Source: a phage
Direction: 5' to 3' (one strand)
DNA: 64,000 nt
Assembly (NCBI GenBank): GCA_016389475.1
Contig: GCA_016389475.1_3042.1
In this document: in pieces, positions 9,608 through 18,523 of the stretch
Numbering within the stretch: position 1 is the stretch's first letter
How the letters are laid out: every line of letters begins with the position of its first letter
The notes under the pieces: generated by a model
Databases searched by the model: none
What the model saw: only the letters and a program-made list of their open reading frames with translations
What the model was told of the DNA's origin: nothing
Program-made: the position numbers and the translations under genes

Positions 9608-10495
9608 TTAAGATTTAAGTAAATCAACAATTTTAATTAACTTTTCACGCTCAGATTTAGCTTTACTACTCAATCCAGATAGTCTAAAGATTTCATCGTC
9701 ATATTGTTGAATAGAAATATTCAGCTCTTCAATTTGCTTATTAAAATAATCAATTTGCTCAGAATGTTTTTCGTTACTACGAACTGGTACAGGTTTTGTA
9801 GGCAATTTAGTTGAACTGGATTCATCCGGGCGATAAATTAAAATACAACTTGAACCAATTGGACATTTTGCACCAGATGAATATTCTAATGTTCCAGATT
9901 CTTTTAAAACTTCAAAAGCTAAACAGAGATGATGACCCATATTGACATAATCAGTAGAGCAAGCTCTGATGTAATAATCATCTCCACGAGTACTAAATTT
10001 AAAGCATTTAAGGTCTTCTGTATTATTGGTCTTAAAAATCATTTGTTTATCTAGACCTTTAGCTAATCGAGCGCCTAATGCTAATAATCGTCGTTGATTT
10101 TCCCACAAATCTGCAATCATTTGGTCAAATGATAATTTTGGCATTAGTCGACCATAAAGGTCATATCCTTTATTATAATTACGAAGAATTTCACTCGCAT
10201 TAATACGAGACAATGCTCCAATTTTATTAAGGGCTTTCATGATGCGATTAGATAAACTCATTCCAGATCCGTTTGTTCGCTGTAAATGTTTTTCTAATCC
10301 AAATCCAATATCAACTTTAAATTTATCTAAAATTTCAGCATGAACATCTCTGTCAATAACATTCAAATCCAAAGTTGGGTTAAATCTATGAAAAAATTTA
10401 TCTGGCTCTCCACGACGAAGTACAGTCCATTCATTCAATTTTTTATTAACTAAAGATTTAATTACTGTATTGACATTATTAATTACTACTGACAT
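9608..10495 (-). CDS. hypothetical protein, paralog-family member 4 (295 aa from ATG 10495) with C-terminal coiled-coil tail
   Basis: GAGG before the ATG at 10495 (MSVVINNVNTVIKSL...). The track start at 10531 would overlap the upstream gene. Confidence 0.55.
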   Translation of the reverse strand: MSVVINNVNTVIKSLVNKKLNEWTVLRRGEPDKFFHRFNPTLDLNVIDRDVHAEILDKFKVDIGFGLEKHLQRTNGSGMSLSNRIMKALNKIGALSRINASEILRNYNKGYDLYGRLMPKLSFDQMIADLWENQRRLLALGARLAKGLDKQMIFKTNNTEDLKCFKFSTRGDDYYIRACSTDYVNMGHHLCLAFEVLKESGTLEYSSGAKCPIGSSCILIYRPDESSSTKLPTKPVPVRSNEKHSEQIDYFNKQIEELNISIQQYDDEIFRLSGLSSKAKSEREKLIKIVDLLKS

Positions 10496-10502
10496 ATTTT
10501 CC

Positions 10503-10910
10503 TCACTCAATTTCAATTTTACTAAATACACAGAATATGATGGAAAAGACTATATAAGCACCGCATACAGATTGAACTAATACCATTCCAAAGAACCAAA
10601 CGATATTATCAAACAATGTCTGTTTTACGTCGAAAGGACGTAAACTTACAGTAATATTATCACCTTTTTCTATTGAAGAATACATCTCTGGGGAAATATA
10701 TTCACTAAATCTATAACCGTCTTTGAGTTCATATACGGCAATAAACGATAAACTAGACCCCTTTCCTTGAGTTCCTGTAATGGTATTAACTACAGTAACA
10801 TCATAATCTTTATAATGCATATAATCATTAATAGCATAATAACCATATGCAATTACTATACATAAACAACATATCAATAAATTCAATCTTTTAATTATCA
10901 ACTGTTTCAT
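10503..10910 (-). CDS. membrane protein (135 aa), N-terminal and C-terminal hydrophobic helices
   Basis: ORF with LLICCLCIVIAYGYYAI and WFFGMVLVQSVCGAYIVFSIIFCVF segments. Confidence 0.5.
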   Translation of the reverse strand: MKQLIIKRLNLLICCLCIVIAYGYYAINDYMHYKDYDVTVVNTITGTQGKGSSLSFIAVYELKDGYRFSEYISPEMYSSIEKGDNITVSLRPFDVKQTLFDNIVWFFGMVLVQSVCGAYIVFSIIFCVFSKIEIE

Positions 10911-10965
10911 AATAATCTCAATTAAAAGGGCTTAGAACCATTATACCATCCTTGGTATAAAGCGG

Positions 10966-11493
10966 TTATGCGAGTACCGTCTTTAACCGTTCTTCAAATT
11001 TCCGAAGAGTGTTCTGGCGTTCAGCTCTTTGCTTTTTGTAAGTTTCAATACGCTCTGAAATGAGAGTGTATCGTTCATTTACTGATTCTTTCATAAAATC
11101 AGGAATTTCACGAGAAGCTTTAATCTCATCAAATTTATCAATAACAGCTTGCTCTTCAGCAATTAAGTTATCATACATTAAAATATCTTTCTTGATGAAC
11201 TCAATATCTTCTTGAGTTACACGAGATAATTTAGATGCTTTATCCTTTTTGTACTGTTCGTTAGTATCACGAGACCAGTGTAATGTACGATTTTTATTCG
11301 TATTTTTGTAAATTTCTACAATACCAATTTCATCAATAATAACGATCCAATTCCAACGGGATTTGTAAATTTGTCCTCCATCAACAGTGATTTCACCTCC
11401 GATTGAGATGTCATTAAAGAACTTGCTTTGTGCTTCAGATTTAAATTTACCGTCGTTATAATTTACCAGGTTGAAAATATCTTTAGCGTTCAT
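10966..11493 (-). CDS. hypothetical protein (175 aa) with C-terminal coiled-coil
   Basis: ORF preceded by a promoter-like element and GGAGG Shine-Dalgarno. Confidence 0.55.
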   Translation of the reverse strand: MNAKDIFNLVNYNDGKFKSEAQSKFFNDISIGGEITVDGGQIYKSRWNWIVIIDEIGIVEIYKNTNKNRTLHWSRDTNEQYKKDKASKLSRVTQEDIEFIKKDILMYDNLIAEEQAVIDKFDEIKASREIPDFMKESVNERYTLISERIETYKKQRAERQNTLRKFEERLKTVLA

Positions 11494-11551
11494 GTTTTAC
11501 CTCCAGTAGTTGATAGGTCTATAATAACATAACCATAGACCTTGTAAACAA

Positions 11552-11839
11552 CTAAAAGAAACTTTTTTCGGTATTTTTTCCACTGAACCAAACAGACTTC
11601 GGGATTTTTTGTAATTTTTCAGATTTAAGTTTCTCTTCCTGTTCTTTCTTATATACACTCTTGTCGTACTGGAGCATCTCTAGGGCATTCTTTTGCAAAC
11701 GATCTAAGGTAATTAAGGCTTTAGTTTTTCCTTTCAAGGAAGAGTCCTGGCGAACTTCCTCGCTATATTGCATCGTAGAACTAACCATACGATGTGCATA
11801 CAGTTCGACTGCGGCTTTAATTTTTTGCATAAAATCCAT
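11552..11839 (-). CDS. hypothetical protein (95 aa), lysine-rich
   Basis: ORF in early orientation. Confidence 0.45.
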   Translation of the reverse strand: MDFMQKIKAAVELYAHRMVSSTMQYSEEVRQDSSLKGKTKALITLDRLQKNALEMLQYDKSVYKKEQEEKLKSEKLQKIPKSVWFSGKNTEKSFF

Positions 11840-11977
11840 AACATATCCTCTTTGATTTGTACATCATTATTTTTAAATATTTCTATGCCCTCAGTAGGTT
11901 CCTGGTGTCCTTCTTTGAGGTAAGCCATATGATTATTCATCTTTATGGCTTTTGTTACCTCAGAACTTCCTATAAGC

Positions 11978-12946
11978 TTATTTCAGTAAAGTAACTTCCG
12001 AGATTTCTTCCCAACCATCTTTATCAGTTGAAATAAAATCTGCTACATAAAGAGCCGTACGTAATGATACATTGCGAAGACGAGATACGTTAGCCTTCAT
12101 CCAGGACAATGCTTTATACGTTTCTGCATCCGTCAGACCACGTTTCTGCATCATGTCAGTAGATAATATTACATCTTCAACTCGAACCATAATCTCTTCA
12201 TTAGAGTGTACTCCAAGGTCGAGATACACTGAACGAGATACTAAAGCTTGAAGGTGTGGAGCAAGTTTCGAACCCCGTTCTAACTCTTTATCGATATCAA
12301 CGTTTGTAATGAAAACGATAGTACCTTCAAACTCAAATTCTTTATCAATACCCTTATCCTCGAGATAAGATGACGCAGTGCTCCAACAAACTTTGCGTTT
12401 ATCTCCGGTATCTAATGCTGCTTTAAGAAGGTTCAGGATGTCCATATCTGAGAATACGTCAACGTCATCGATTAAGAGAACGCTGTCTTCATCACGGTTG
12501 AGCCAAAGTTGTTCGTAAAGGCCAATACCAGAGATTTTACCATTAATGCTTTTGTATTTGATGAAACCGTTATCATTAGCATTATTAAGTGCTTTATCCA
12601 GAGAATACGTTTTACCAATACCTGCTGCTCCCGAGATAATTAATGAACGAATGTTTCCGTTAATAATACCATTCGTCATCATTCCCATAACATTAAATCT
12701 TTTATTAATGCGGGTTTTCATATCTTCATACGATTCTTTAACTTCTTCAACTTTTACACCATCATATGAAATGTCTGATTTGTAAACCCAAACACCGCGA
12801 CGCTTACCGTCAATTTCAACAAAAACTTTACCATCTCCTTGTGCATCTACCGGAGCATTATCTGGGAACCATTCACCTAAGAGCTCAAAAGTTCCAGAGA
12901 TTTCTTTACCGAAGTAGATACCCTTATTGATAGTTACAGTTTTCAT
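11978..12946 (-). CDS. P-loop NTPase (AAA-like ATPase), 322 aa from ATG 12946
   Basis: Walker A GAAGIGKT(Y)S and Walker B-like hhhhDDVD (VLLIDDVDVF). GGAG before the ATG at 12946. Confidence 0.65.
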   Translation of the reverse strand: MKTVTINKGIYFGKEISGTFELLGEWFPDNAPVDAQGDGKVFVEIDGKRRGVWVYKSDISYDGVKVEEVKESYEDMKTRINKRFNVMGMMTNGIINGNIRSLIISGAAGIGKTYSLDKALNNANDNGFIKYKSINGKISGIGLYEQLWLNRDEDSVLLIDDVDVFSDMDILNLLKAALDTGDKRKVCWSTASSYLEDKGIDKEFEFEGTIVFITNVDIDKELERGSKLAPHLQALVSRSVYLDLGVHSNEEIMVRVEDVILSTDMMQKRGLTDAETYKALSWMKANVSRLRNVSLRTALYVADFISTDKDGWEEISEVTLLK

Positions 12947-12974
12947 TTTATTCTCCAAATCCGTATCAGTTGAT

Positions 12975-13012
12975 AGTTGTATAGTACCATAAAGCTTTAT
13001 GCTTGTAAACCG
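12975..13012 (-). promoter_or_regulatory. early promoter (GTTTAC-N18-TACTAT) driving the ATPase gene
   Basis: Minus-strand GTTTAC at 13010..13005; -10 TACTAT at 12986..12981; shared leader motif CAACTATCAACTGA before the SD. Confidence 0.55.
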
Positions 13013-13027
13013 TTTTGTGAAAAATTT

Positions 13028-13058
13028 TTGAAATAAAAAAGGGAGCCCGAAGGCTCCC
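13028..13058 (-). terminator. rho-independent terminator
   Basis: GGGAGCC-cgaa-GGCTCCC hairpin followed on the minus strand by TTTTTTATTTC. Sits 3 nt past the stop of the 13061..14074 gene. Confidence 0.7.
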
Positions 13059-13060
13059 TA

Positions 13061-14074
13061 TCATTTATAATAACTTCGGTGGTTTTCAAGATAGACCTTC
13101 TCAAGGAAGTCATCCCAGAAACCCATGTCTACTTTTTGCTGCATACCGTTCTTAGAAGCTTCAGTAGATGCTGCTTCTACTTGATCGACCACATCTTCCA
13201 AAAACTCTTGAACTGTTTTAAATGGATGTTTACCCAACTTCACGTCGAGAATAAATGGAGCATCTTGGAGTGGATAAACCAAGTCACCAGTTTTGTAAAT
13301 TTCCAATAGTTGGAGTCCACCACGACAAGCATGACTCAGAGCTTTCCAGTCAATGCCTTCATTAGCTTCGGCTTTACGAGCACGTTCACCATATTCAGCA
13401 TCTAATTTATTCAGTGACTGCTTAAGCTCAATAAGAGAAAGTGTTGTCTGATATTTACGACCCAACACAGTGTAGAACGTTTGCGGGCCTGTTTTCTCGT
13501 GATTATGGAACACCCATTCACAGAATTCGTTTTCTGGAAGACGATGCTTAATATCTTCAACTTTAGTGCGACGCTGCTTAATAGAACCATCTTCTTGGTA
13601 ATCAACCCATTGCTCGGGGATTTGATTAACTACTTTCAATACATCACGTAATGCAGCCAAACGAGAACCCTTGACACCGTATTTAGAAGCTTGCTTGCGA
13701 ACATATCCTAAATAGGATTTCATGTTAGTCGTATAAAAACGAGAACGGTTGTCTTGAATAAACTTCCACACATCAGGCAAATCAGATTTAACCACTAGTT
13801 CAGGTGGAGTGTGAAGCATATCCAATGCTACAGTTTCACCATCTGCTGCTAATTTAAAGAAATATTTAAGACTGTATAGTTCATGGTCAATATCATCTTT
13901 AGTGTTTTTAGATGATGTGTTGTTAGTGTTTTTACTCATGTGCTCTTTGACATTTCCGATAAGAATATCACGAGCAGGAGGAACAAAAATTTCTTTAAAA
14001 TCTACATCAGATTCTGGGGTAGAAGTTCCATAAAGATGACTACCAAAATAGCTTTTCATTACTGTTTTCATCAT
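13061..14074 (-). CDS. Pol-beta-superfamily nucleotidyltransferase-like protein (337 aa)
   Basis: N-terminal G-S-x10-D-V-D (FGSHLYGTSTPESDVDF) with a downstream acidic residue in a hydrophobic strand (ETVALDMLH), followed by a roughly 230-aa helical region. ATGA overlap with the upstream membrane-protein gene. Confidence 0.55.
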   Translation of the reverse strand: MMKTVMKSYFGSHLYGTSTPESDVDFKEIFVPPARDILIGNVKEHMSKNTNNTSSKNTKDDIDHELYSLKYFFKLAADGETVALDMLHTPPELVVKSDLPDVWKFIQDNRSRFYTTNMKSYLGYVRKQASKYGVKGSRLAALRDVLKVVNQIPEQWVDYQEDGSIKQRRTKVEDIKHRLPENEFCEWVFHNHEKTGPQTFYTVLGRKYQTTLSLIELKQSLNKLDAEYGERARKAEANEGIDWKALSHACRGGLQLLEIYKTGDLVYPLQDAPFILDVKLGKHPFKTVQEFLEDVVDQVEAASTEASKNGMQQKVDMGFWDDFLEKVYLENHRSYYK

Positions 14075-14532
14075 TCAGCCTTATATTCAATAACAGGACA
14101 TACTTTAGCTTTACGAGCTTTTAAAAATTCAACGATAATCGATTTCTTGGGTTGAATAGGAGGTAAACCTTTATACGCCCTATCAATATTTTCTACGTGT
14201 AAAGCATAATCCTTTTTCCATTTATAATCTTTATATTTTTCACGCAAATGTGCAGGAATAACAAATGAACCGATAATAAGTAAAACAACCAAAAGCGCAA
14301 GTATAAATGCTGATGGAAGCAAAGTCCATAAACTACCAAAAATAAGCCAACGCTGTAGGCTTTCTGCACAAATAATTGTTAGCCCTACGAGTATAGCACA
14401 TCCAAAAATAGAAACGAAAAATGTAGGAATGGCAATAGACCAAAAATATGCGCATAGTGTCTTAGGTCGTTGCCATTCATCGTTAAACAATTTGAATAAT
14501 TTATAGTGCCAAGAGTTTTCATTAATAATCAT
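14071..14532 (-). CDS. multi-pass membrane protein (153 aa)
   Basis: Three hydrophobic segments (SIAIPTFFVSIFGCAILVGLTIIC; LIFGSLWTLLPSAFILALLVVLLIIGSFVI). Confidence 0.6.
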   Translation of the reverse strand: MIINENSWHYKLFKLFNDEWQRPKTLCAYFWSIAIPTFFVSIFGCAILVGLTIICAESLQRWLIFGSLWTLLPSAFILALLVVLLIIGSFVIPAHLREKYKDYKWKKDYALHVENIDRAYKGLPPIQPKKSIIVEFLKARKAKVCPVIEYKAE

Positions 14533-14534
14533 AA

Positions 14535-15056
14535 TTATCCTTTCATTGAAGGCGTAACGGTTGTTAAATACTTAATCATAGCTTCAGCTTCTGATTTTGA
14601 CAATGAAATTTCTTCATTGTTTTGACGAATAGAAATAAAATCCGGATGACGGTCACCACCAGCTTTTAAAACACACATATAAGTATCAACTTCATCTTCA
14701 ATATTTGAAATGATTGAAGCAGTTCCACATGAATGCGGTTTTTGATAAATCAATGCAGCTTTTCTTCCGCCATTTGACTGTTCATAAACTTTTAATACAT
14801 CAAACAAATCACTTCTTTTATCAATAGCTAAAATGTTATTTTCATCTTCAATGTTAAATCCTTCGGATACTTCATAAAGTGTCACCCATAAATCGCCAAT
14901 ATCAATAACAGCATTTACTTTTCCATGACTTTCAAGAGCATGACAAATTTTCTTGATTTCGTCATAACTCATTTTAATAATATCATCTCCTTGACTAAGA
15001 AAGATGTCATTTTTAAATTCAACACGAATTAAACCGCTTCCACTTGAAATAAACAT
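14535..15056 (-). CDS. hypothetical protein (173 aa), paralog of the next gene
   Basis: Shares GFNIE..., DxFDxxKxY and a C-terminal ...KYLTTVTPSM motif with the 15063..15620 product. Confidence 0.55.
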   Translation of the reverse strand: MFISSGSGLIRVEFKNDIFLSQGDDIIKMSYDEIKKICHALESHGKVNAVIDIGDLWVTLYEVSEGFNIEDENNILAIDKRSDLFDVLKVYEQSNGGRKAALIYQKPHSCGTASIISNIEDEVDTYMCVLKAGGDRHPDFISIRQNNEEISLSKSEAEAMIKYLTTVTPSMKG

Positions 15057-15062
15057 ATTTCC

Positions 15063-15620
15063 TCACTTTGAAATCATAGTTGGAATAACAGAATCAAGAT
15101 AAGTCTTTAGTGCAATAGTTTCGTCTTTGGTAAATGTGACAATATGTGCTCGAAAATCATCAATTTGACGAATAGTTAAGACATCTCCATCTTCATAACA
15201 TTTTGATACGTTTAAAACAGTTTCATCATTCTGATTGCAAGCGTTAGTAATAATAGCATTGCAATTTTTAAACCATTTTAAACTATGTTTTCTTTCATTA
15301 GAATAATAAAAATATTTAATCTTATCTATAAAACTATCCCAATGGATAACTGATAAGCATATTGACTCGCTTTCAATATTAAATCCTGGGCATGAAGAAT
15401 AAAAATGAATTTTATGCTCATCATTAATGCTTATAATTTTATCAGTATAAGGATTTTCAATTTTGGTTAAATGAATGATTTCACTAGGCGTAAAATACAG
15501 CATATCGTCTTCTTGTGTCAAACGATACATATTATTTACTTTTTCTATAGCCAATTCACCAAAAAGTGAACTAACTTCTAATACTAATCGTTTCATATTG
15601 ATTCTCTTCGACTCGCTCAC
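15063..15620 (-). CDS. hypothetical protein (185 aa), paralog of the previous gene; start codon uncertain (GTG 15620 or ATG 15596)
   Basis: C-terminal ...KTYLDSVIPTM and internal GFNIE motif parallel to 14535..15056. Confidence 0.5.
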   Translation of the reverse strand: MSESKRINMKRLVLEVSSLFGELAIEKVNNMYRLTQEDDMLYFTPSEIIHLTKIENPYTDKIISINDEHKIHFYSSCPGFNIESESICLSVIHWDSFIDKIKYFYYSNERKHSLKWFKNCNAIITNACNQNDETVLNVSKCYEDGDVLTIRQIDDFRAHIVTFTKDETIALKTYLDSVIPTMISK

Positions 15621-15749
15621 AATTACATACTCCTTTGAATAATATCAATAATGTTGTTCACCAGATTATAGGTAAACAAAGGATAATTATATTGAATCAT
15701 CACATACACAACAAACAAAATTTTCATTCTCTTCTCCTCAGTAGTTGAC

Positions 15750-15787
15750 AAGATTACTATACCATAACCTTGCCAACTTGTAAACCA
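15750..15787 (-). promoter_or_regulatory. early promoter (GTTTAC-N18-TATAGT) at the head of the cassette
   Basis: Minus-strand GTTTAC at 15785..15780, -10 at 15761..15756, then the shared leader TCAACTACTGAGGAG. Confidence 0.55.
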
Positions 15788-15957
15788 TTAAATGGCGTTT
15801 TCAATAAAATTCTGAAGCTTTGTGTGAGCATCAACCATGATTTTCATTTCTTCTTTGGCGAAAGCTGTACCTCTTTCCCGAGAAGAACATTCATAGTCAG
15901 AAACTGCATTAGCATATTCTTCGATTAGTTTCATTAAAAACATCTGTTTTTCAGTTT
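15787..15957 (-). CDS. hypothetical small protein (56 aa)
   Basis: Hand-translated ORF (MKTEKQMFLMKLIEEYANAVSDYECS...). ATGA overlap with the upstream gene stop. Confidence 0.3.
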
Positions 15958-16145
15958 TCATTATTCCACCTAATCATTTCAAGATATTGAACTAACTTAG
16001 CTTTAGATTTATCCAAATCCTTTTTAGCTGCTTCTATACCGTCGTATGAATATCCTTCACAATGCTCAACTGCTAATTGATATGAATCTATTTCAATATC
16101 ACGTGCTAATTTAATGATTTTTTCAAACTGTTCGCGTGTTAGCAT
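15951..16145 (-). CDS. hypothetical protein (64 aa)
   Basis: Track ORF in early orientation. Confidence 0.45.
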   Translation of the reverse strand: MLTREQFEKIIKLARDIEIDSYQLAVEHCEGYSYDGIEAAKKDLDKSKAKLVQYLEMIRWNNEN

Positions 16146-16147
16146 AC

Positions 16148-16351
16148 TTACACTCTCGTATTATGATCGATAATTTCATCAAGAAACATATCTAACGCTT
16201 CTATAGCATTATCCACTTTAGTTTCAAAGTCTTTAATGCCTTTATTCGAAATACCCGATGAATACCAAGCAAAGTCAATCAGCTCTTCATCTGCTTTACG
16301 AATTGAAGCCACTAATTCCTTGATTTTATCTGCTTGCTCTATACTAATCAT
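16148..16351 (-). CDS. hypothetical protein (about 67 aa from the internal ATG)
   Basis: The internal Met gives an ATGA junction with the upstream gene. Confidence 0.4.
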   Translation of the reverse strand: MISIEQADKIKELVASIRKADEELIDFAWYSSGISNKGIKDFETKVDNAIEALDMFLDEIIDHNTRV

Positions 16352-16539
16352 TATTCCACCACATATGACAGAGAGAATATTGCGCACGCCATGTGAGTTG
16401 CAACTTCATCACACATATTATAACGTTTCTTAAGAAGTTCTACAAGTTCTTCACTAGTAACTTCATCCATGTCGACGAAAAAATCACCATTAATGATGAC
16501 GTAGATATTTCCTTCTTGATTGAGTGCTTCAATTTTCAT
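16351..16539 (-). CDS. hypothetical protein (62 aa from ATG 16539)
   Basis: GAGGAG Shine-Dalgarno before the ATG at 16539; promoter just upstream. Confidence 0.45.
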
Positions 16540-16561
16540 GATATTCTCCTCTTTATCTGAT

Positions 16562-16599
16562 AGTTGTATAGTATCACAGCTCAAACGGAAAGTAAACCG
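16562..16599 (-). promoter_or_regulatory. early promoter (GTTTAC-N18-TACTAT)
   Basis: Minus-strand GTTTAC at 16597..16592; -10 at 16573..16568. Confidence 0.55.
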
Positions 16600-16634
16600 G
16601 TAAAATGAAAAAAGTCTCCCGAAGGAGACTAATG

Positions 16635-17021
16635 TTATTCGAGGGAAAGAAGATACTTACTCTGGTAAAACATTCCAGTAATATCATCTATCGTGCTTTG
16701 AATGGCTGGAGGCATTTCTTTATAAATGCTGTTAGATTGGTCTAGTATGCGATCAATCATTTTAATTGTGTCGGTAGGAAGTTTACTGGCATCTGGAATT
16801 GAAGGCGTGTATTTTCTACCAGAATACCCCAAATATTGCTCACCAAATTTATCAATCAAATCTGGCAACTCGGAGAAAATAAAATCGTATGCTTTGTGTC
16901 TAGCATAACTTTTAGTTTCAAAATGTGCAGAATGAAAATAAGCTTGTGCAGCCATTAATAAACCTAAGTATTCATCTGCCTTTGAAGGTTTTCCACTTTG
17001 TGAAAAGTCGCTGAATTTCAT
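16635..17021 (-). CDS. hypothetical protein at the rI.-1 position (128 aa)
   Basis: ORF immediately downstream of rI with ATGA overlap. Assigned by synteny. Confidence 0.55.
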
Positions 17022-17311
17022 TCAGTCTCCAATTTAATGTTCATAATTCTAGCGTATGATTGTGCCATCTCCGCGCCTCGTTCTATACATTCAAAATCAG
17101 AAGAGCACGGGTCATTTTTATAGGTCGTTCTCATAAAACTATAGAACTGTTCAGATGATTCTACGCTTTTATTTTCAAAAAGCATATAAACATGTCTAAT
17201 ACCAGATTCCATAAATTTATCAAAATGAGGATCGACATTCGCTTCAATCGGTGGAGATAAAGCAAACGCTAATCCTAGCATGGCAAATAGTGCCGTTGCT
17301 TTTAAGGCCAT
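17018..17311 (-). CDS. rI: lysis inhibition regulator RI (membrane-anchored periplasmic protein)
   Basis: 97 aa with N-terminal signal-anchor (MALKATALFAMLGLAFALSPPIEA). Length and position next to tk match T4 RI. Confidence 0.8.
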   Translation of the reverse strand: MALKATALFAMLGLAFALSPPIEANVDPHFDKFMESGIRHVYMLFENKSVESSEQFYSFMRTTYKNDPCSSDFECIERGAEMAQSYARIMNIKLETE

Positions 17312-17323
17312 AAAGGCCTCCTA

Positions 17324-17536
17324 TCATTTTTGTCCTGTATTTACTTTATGCCGATGCACGGCCTTAACTTTATCAAGGTATTTTTCAAAATTTCGCAATC
17401 TAGTATAGTCTGCCGGAGATTGGTTGAGTGATACTTCTCGACGCAAAGCTGAAATGATATTTCCAACTTTCCTACGAATTTCATCTAATTGAAGCACAGT
17501 AAGATTGCGAAGTTGCTTTTCAGTTAATTGTAGCAT
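17324..17536 (-). CDS. hypothetical protein (70 aa), basic
   Basis: ORF between tk and rI. Confidence 0.5.
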   Translation of the reverse strand: MLQLTEKQLRNLTVLQLDEIRRKVGNIISALRREVSLNQSPADYTRLRNFEKYLDKVKAVHRHKVNTGQK

Positions 17537-17578
17537 ATATACCCCTTTAGTTAGATAAACCTATTTATAACTTTTGCA

Positions 17579-18160
17579 CTAACCAAGCTTTTTAGTTAAT
17601 TCATTCCAATGTTTTCTGCACAAAGAAACATAAATTTCATCACCAATACAGATTTGATTACCTTCTTTAACTGGTGTTCCATCTTCCATTAATCGAGCTG
17701 TCATAATCGCTTTTTTGCCGCAATGACAAACTGCCTTTAGTTCAATAAGTTTATCTGCAATCGCTAAAAGTTCTTTAGAACCTTCAAACAATTTTCCAGC
17801 GAAATCAGTCCTTAATCCATAAGCCATAACAGGAACATTATATGTATCAACAATTCGGCTTAATTGGTGCACCTGTTCAGTTTTTAAAAATTGGGCTTCA
17901 TCCACAAATACGCAATGAATATCTTTTTGTGCTTCAGCCCATTTATAGAACTCGAAAATATCCATATCATCTGTAATAATATTCGCTTCCTGTTTAATTC
18001 CAATGCGAGAAACAACTTCACAGACAGAATCGCGAGTATCAATAGCAGGCTTAAGAACTAATACACTCATTCCACGTTCTTTATAATTATGTGCAGCAGT
18101 CAAAAGAGAAGCAGATTTTCCAGCATTCATTGCTGCATAAGTAAAAATTAAACTCGCCAT
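17579..18160 (-). CDS. tk: thymidine kinase
   Basis: 193 aa; P-loop AAMNAGKS; C-terminal zinc-binding cysteines (CHCGKKA...CRKHW). Confidence 0.9.
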   Translation of the reverse strand: MASLIFTYAAMNAGKSASLLTAAHNYKERGMSVLVLKPAIDTRDSVCEVVSRIGIKQEANIITDDMDIFEFYKWAEAQKDIHCVFVDEAQFLKTEQVHQLSRIVDTYNVPVMAYGLRTDFAGKLFEGSKELLAIADKLIELKAVCHCGKKAIMTARLMEDGTPVKEGNQICIGDEIYVSLCRKHWNELTKKLG

Positions 18161-18169
18161 ATCACCTTC

Positions 18170-18355
18170 TTAAAGCGTATTCACATAAGCTATTAATTCA
18201 TTTTCTTTCTTATCAAACCGATCAGCAAATTCTTCCTGCTGTTCAGGAGATAGCGGGCCGTATTCATCATAAAAGGTGTTTGCTTCTGTATGCTCATCTA
18301 GAAGTTCATGGATAAGCTCAAACAATTTATCTTTTTGTTCTTTACTCAGACTCAT
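18170..18355 (-). CDS. hypothetical acidic protein (61 aa)
   Basis: Track ORF. Confidence 0.5.
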   Translation of the reverse strand: MSLSKEQKDKLFELIHELLDEHTEANTFYDEYGPLSPEQQEEFADRFDKKENELIAYVNTL

Positions 18356-18523
18356 ATATTAATTTCCAGGAGTTTTAAAATAATTCGCTTTTGCTTAAAT
18401 ATTTCCATAGTTAAATGACTAGTATCTTTTTGACCGATTCCAATGGCAAAACCTTTATTAACAGCGAGTTCAATTAAATTATCAAGCTCACGTAACACTT
18501 CGTATTGTAACTCAAAACTATTC
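18352..18523 (-). CDS. hypothetical small protein (57 aa)
   Basis: Hand-translated ORF (MNSFELQYEVLRELDNLIELAVNKGF...) with ATGA overlaps at both ends. Confidence 0.35.

Noticed and set aside
11734-11940. 68-aa minus-strand ORF overlapping the start of 11552..11839
   Set aside because: Overlaps the better-supported 95-aa gene in another frame; likely spurious or at most a very short upstream peptide.
13079-14155. Track ORFs 13079..13309 (+), 13411..13605 (-) and 13940..14155 (+) inside the nucleotidyltransferase-like gene
   Set aside because: Embedded in or antisense to the 337-aa ORF; low-complexity translations.
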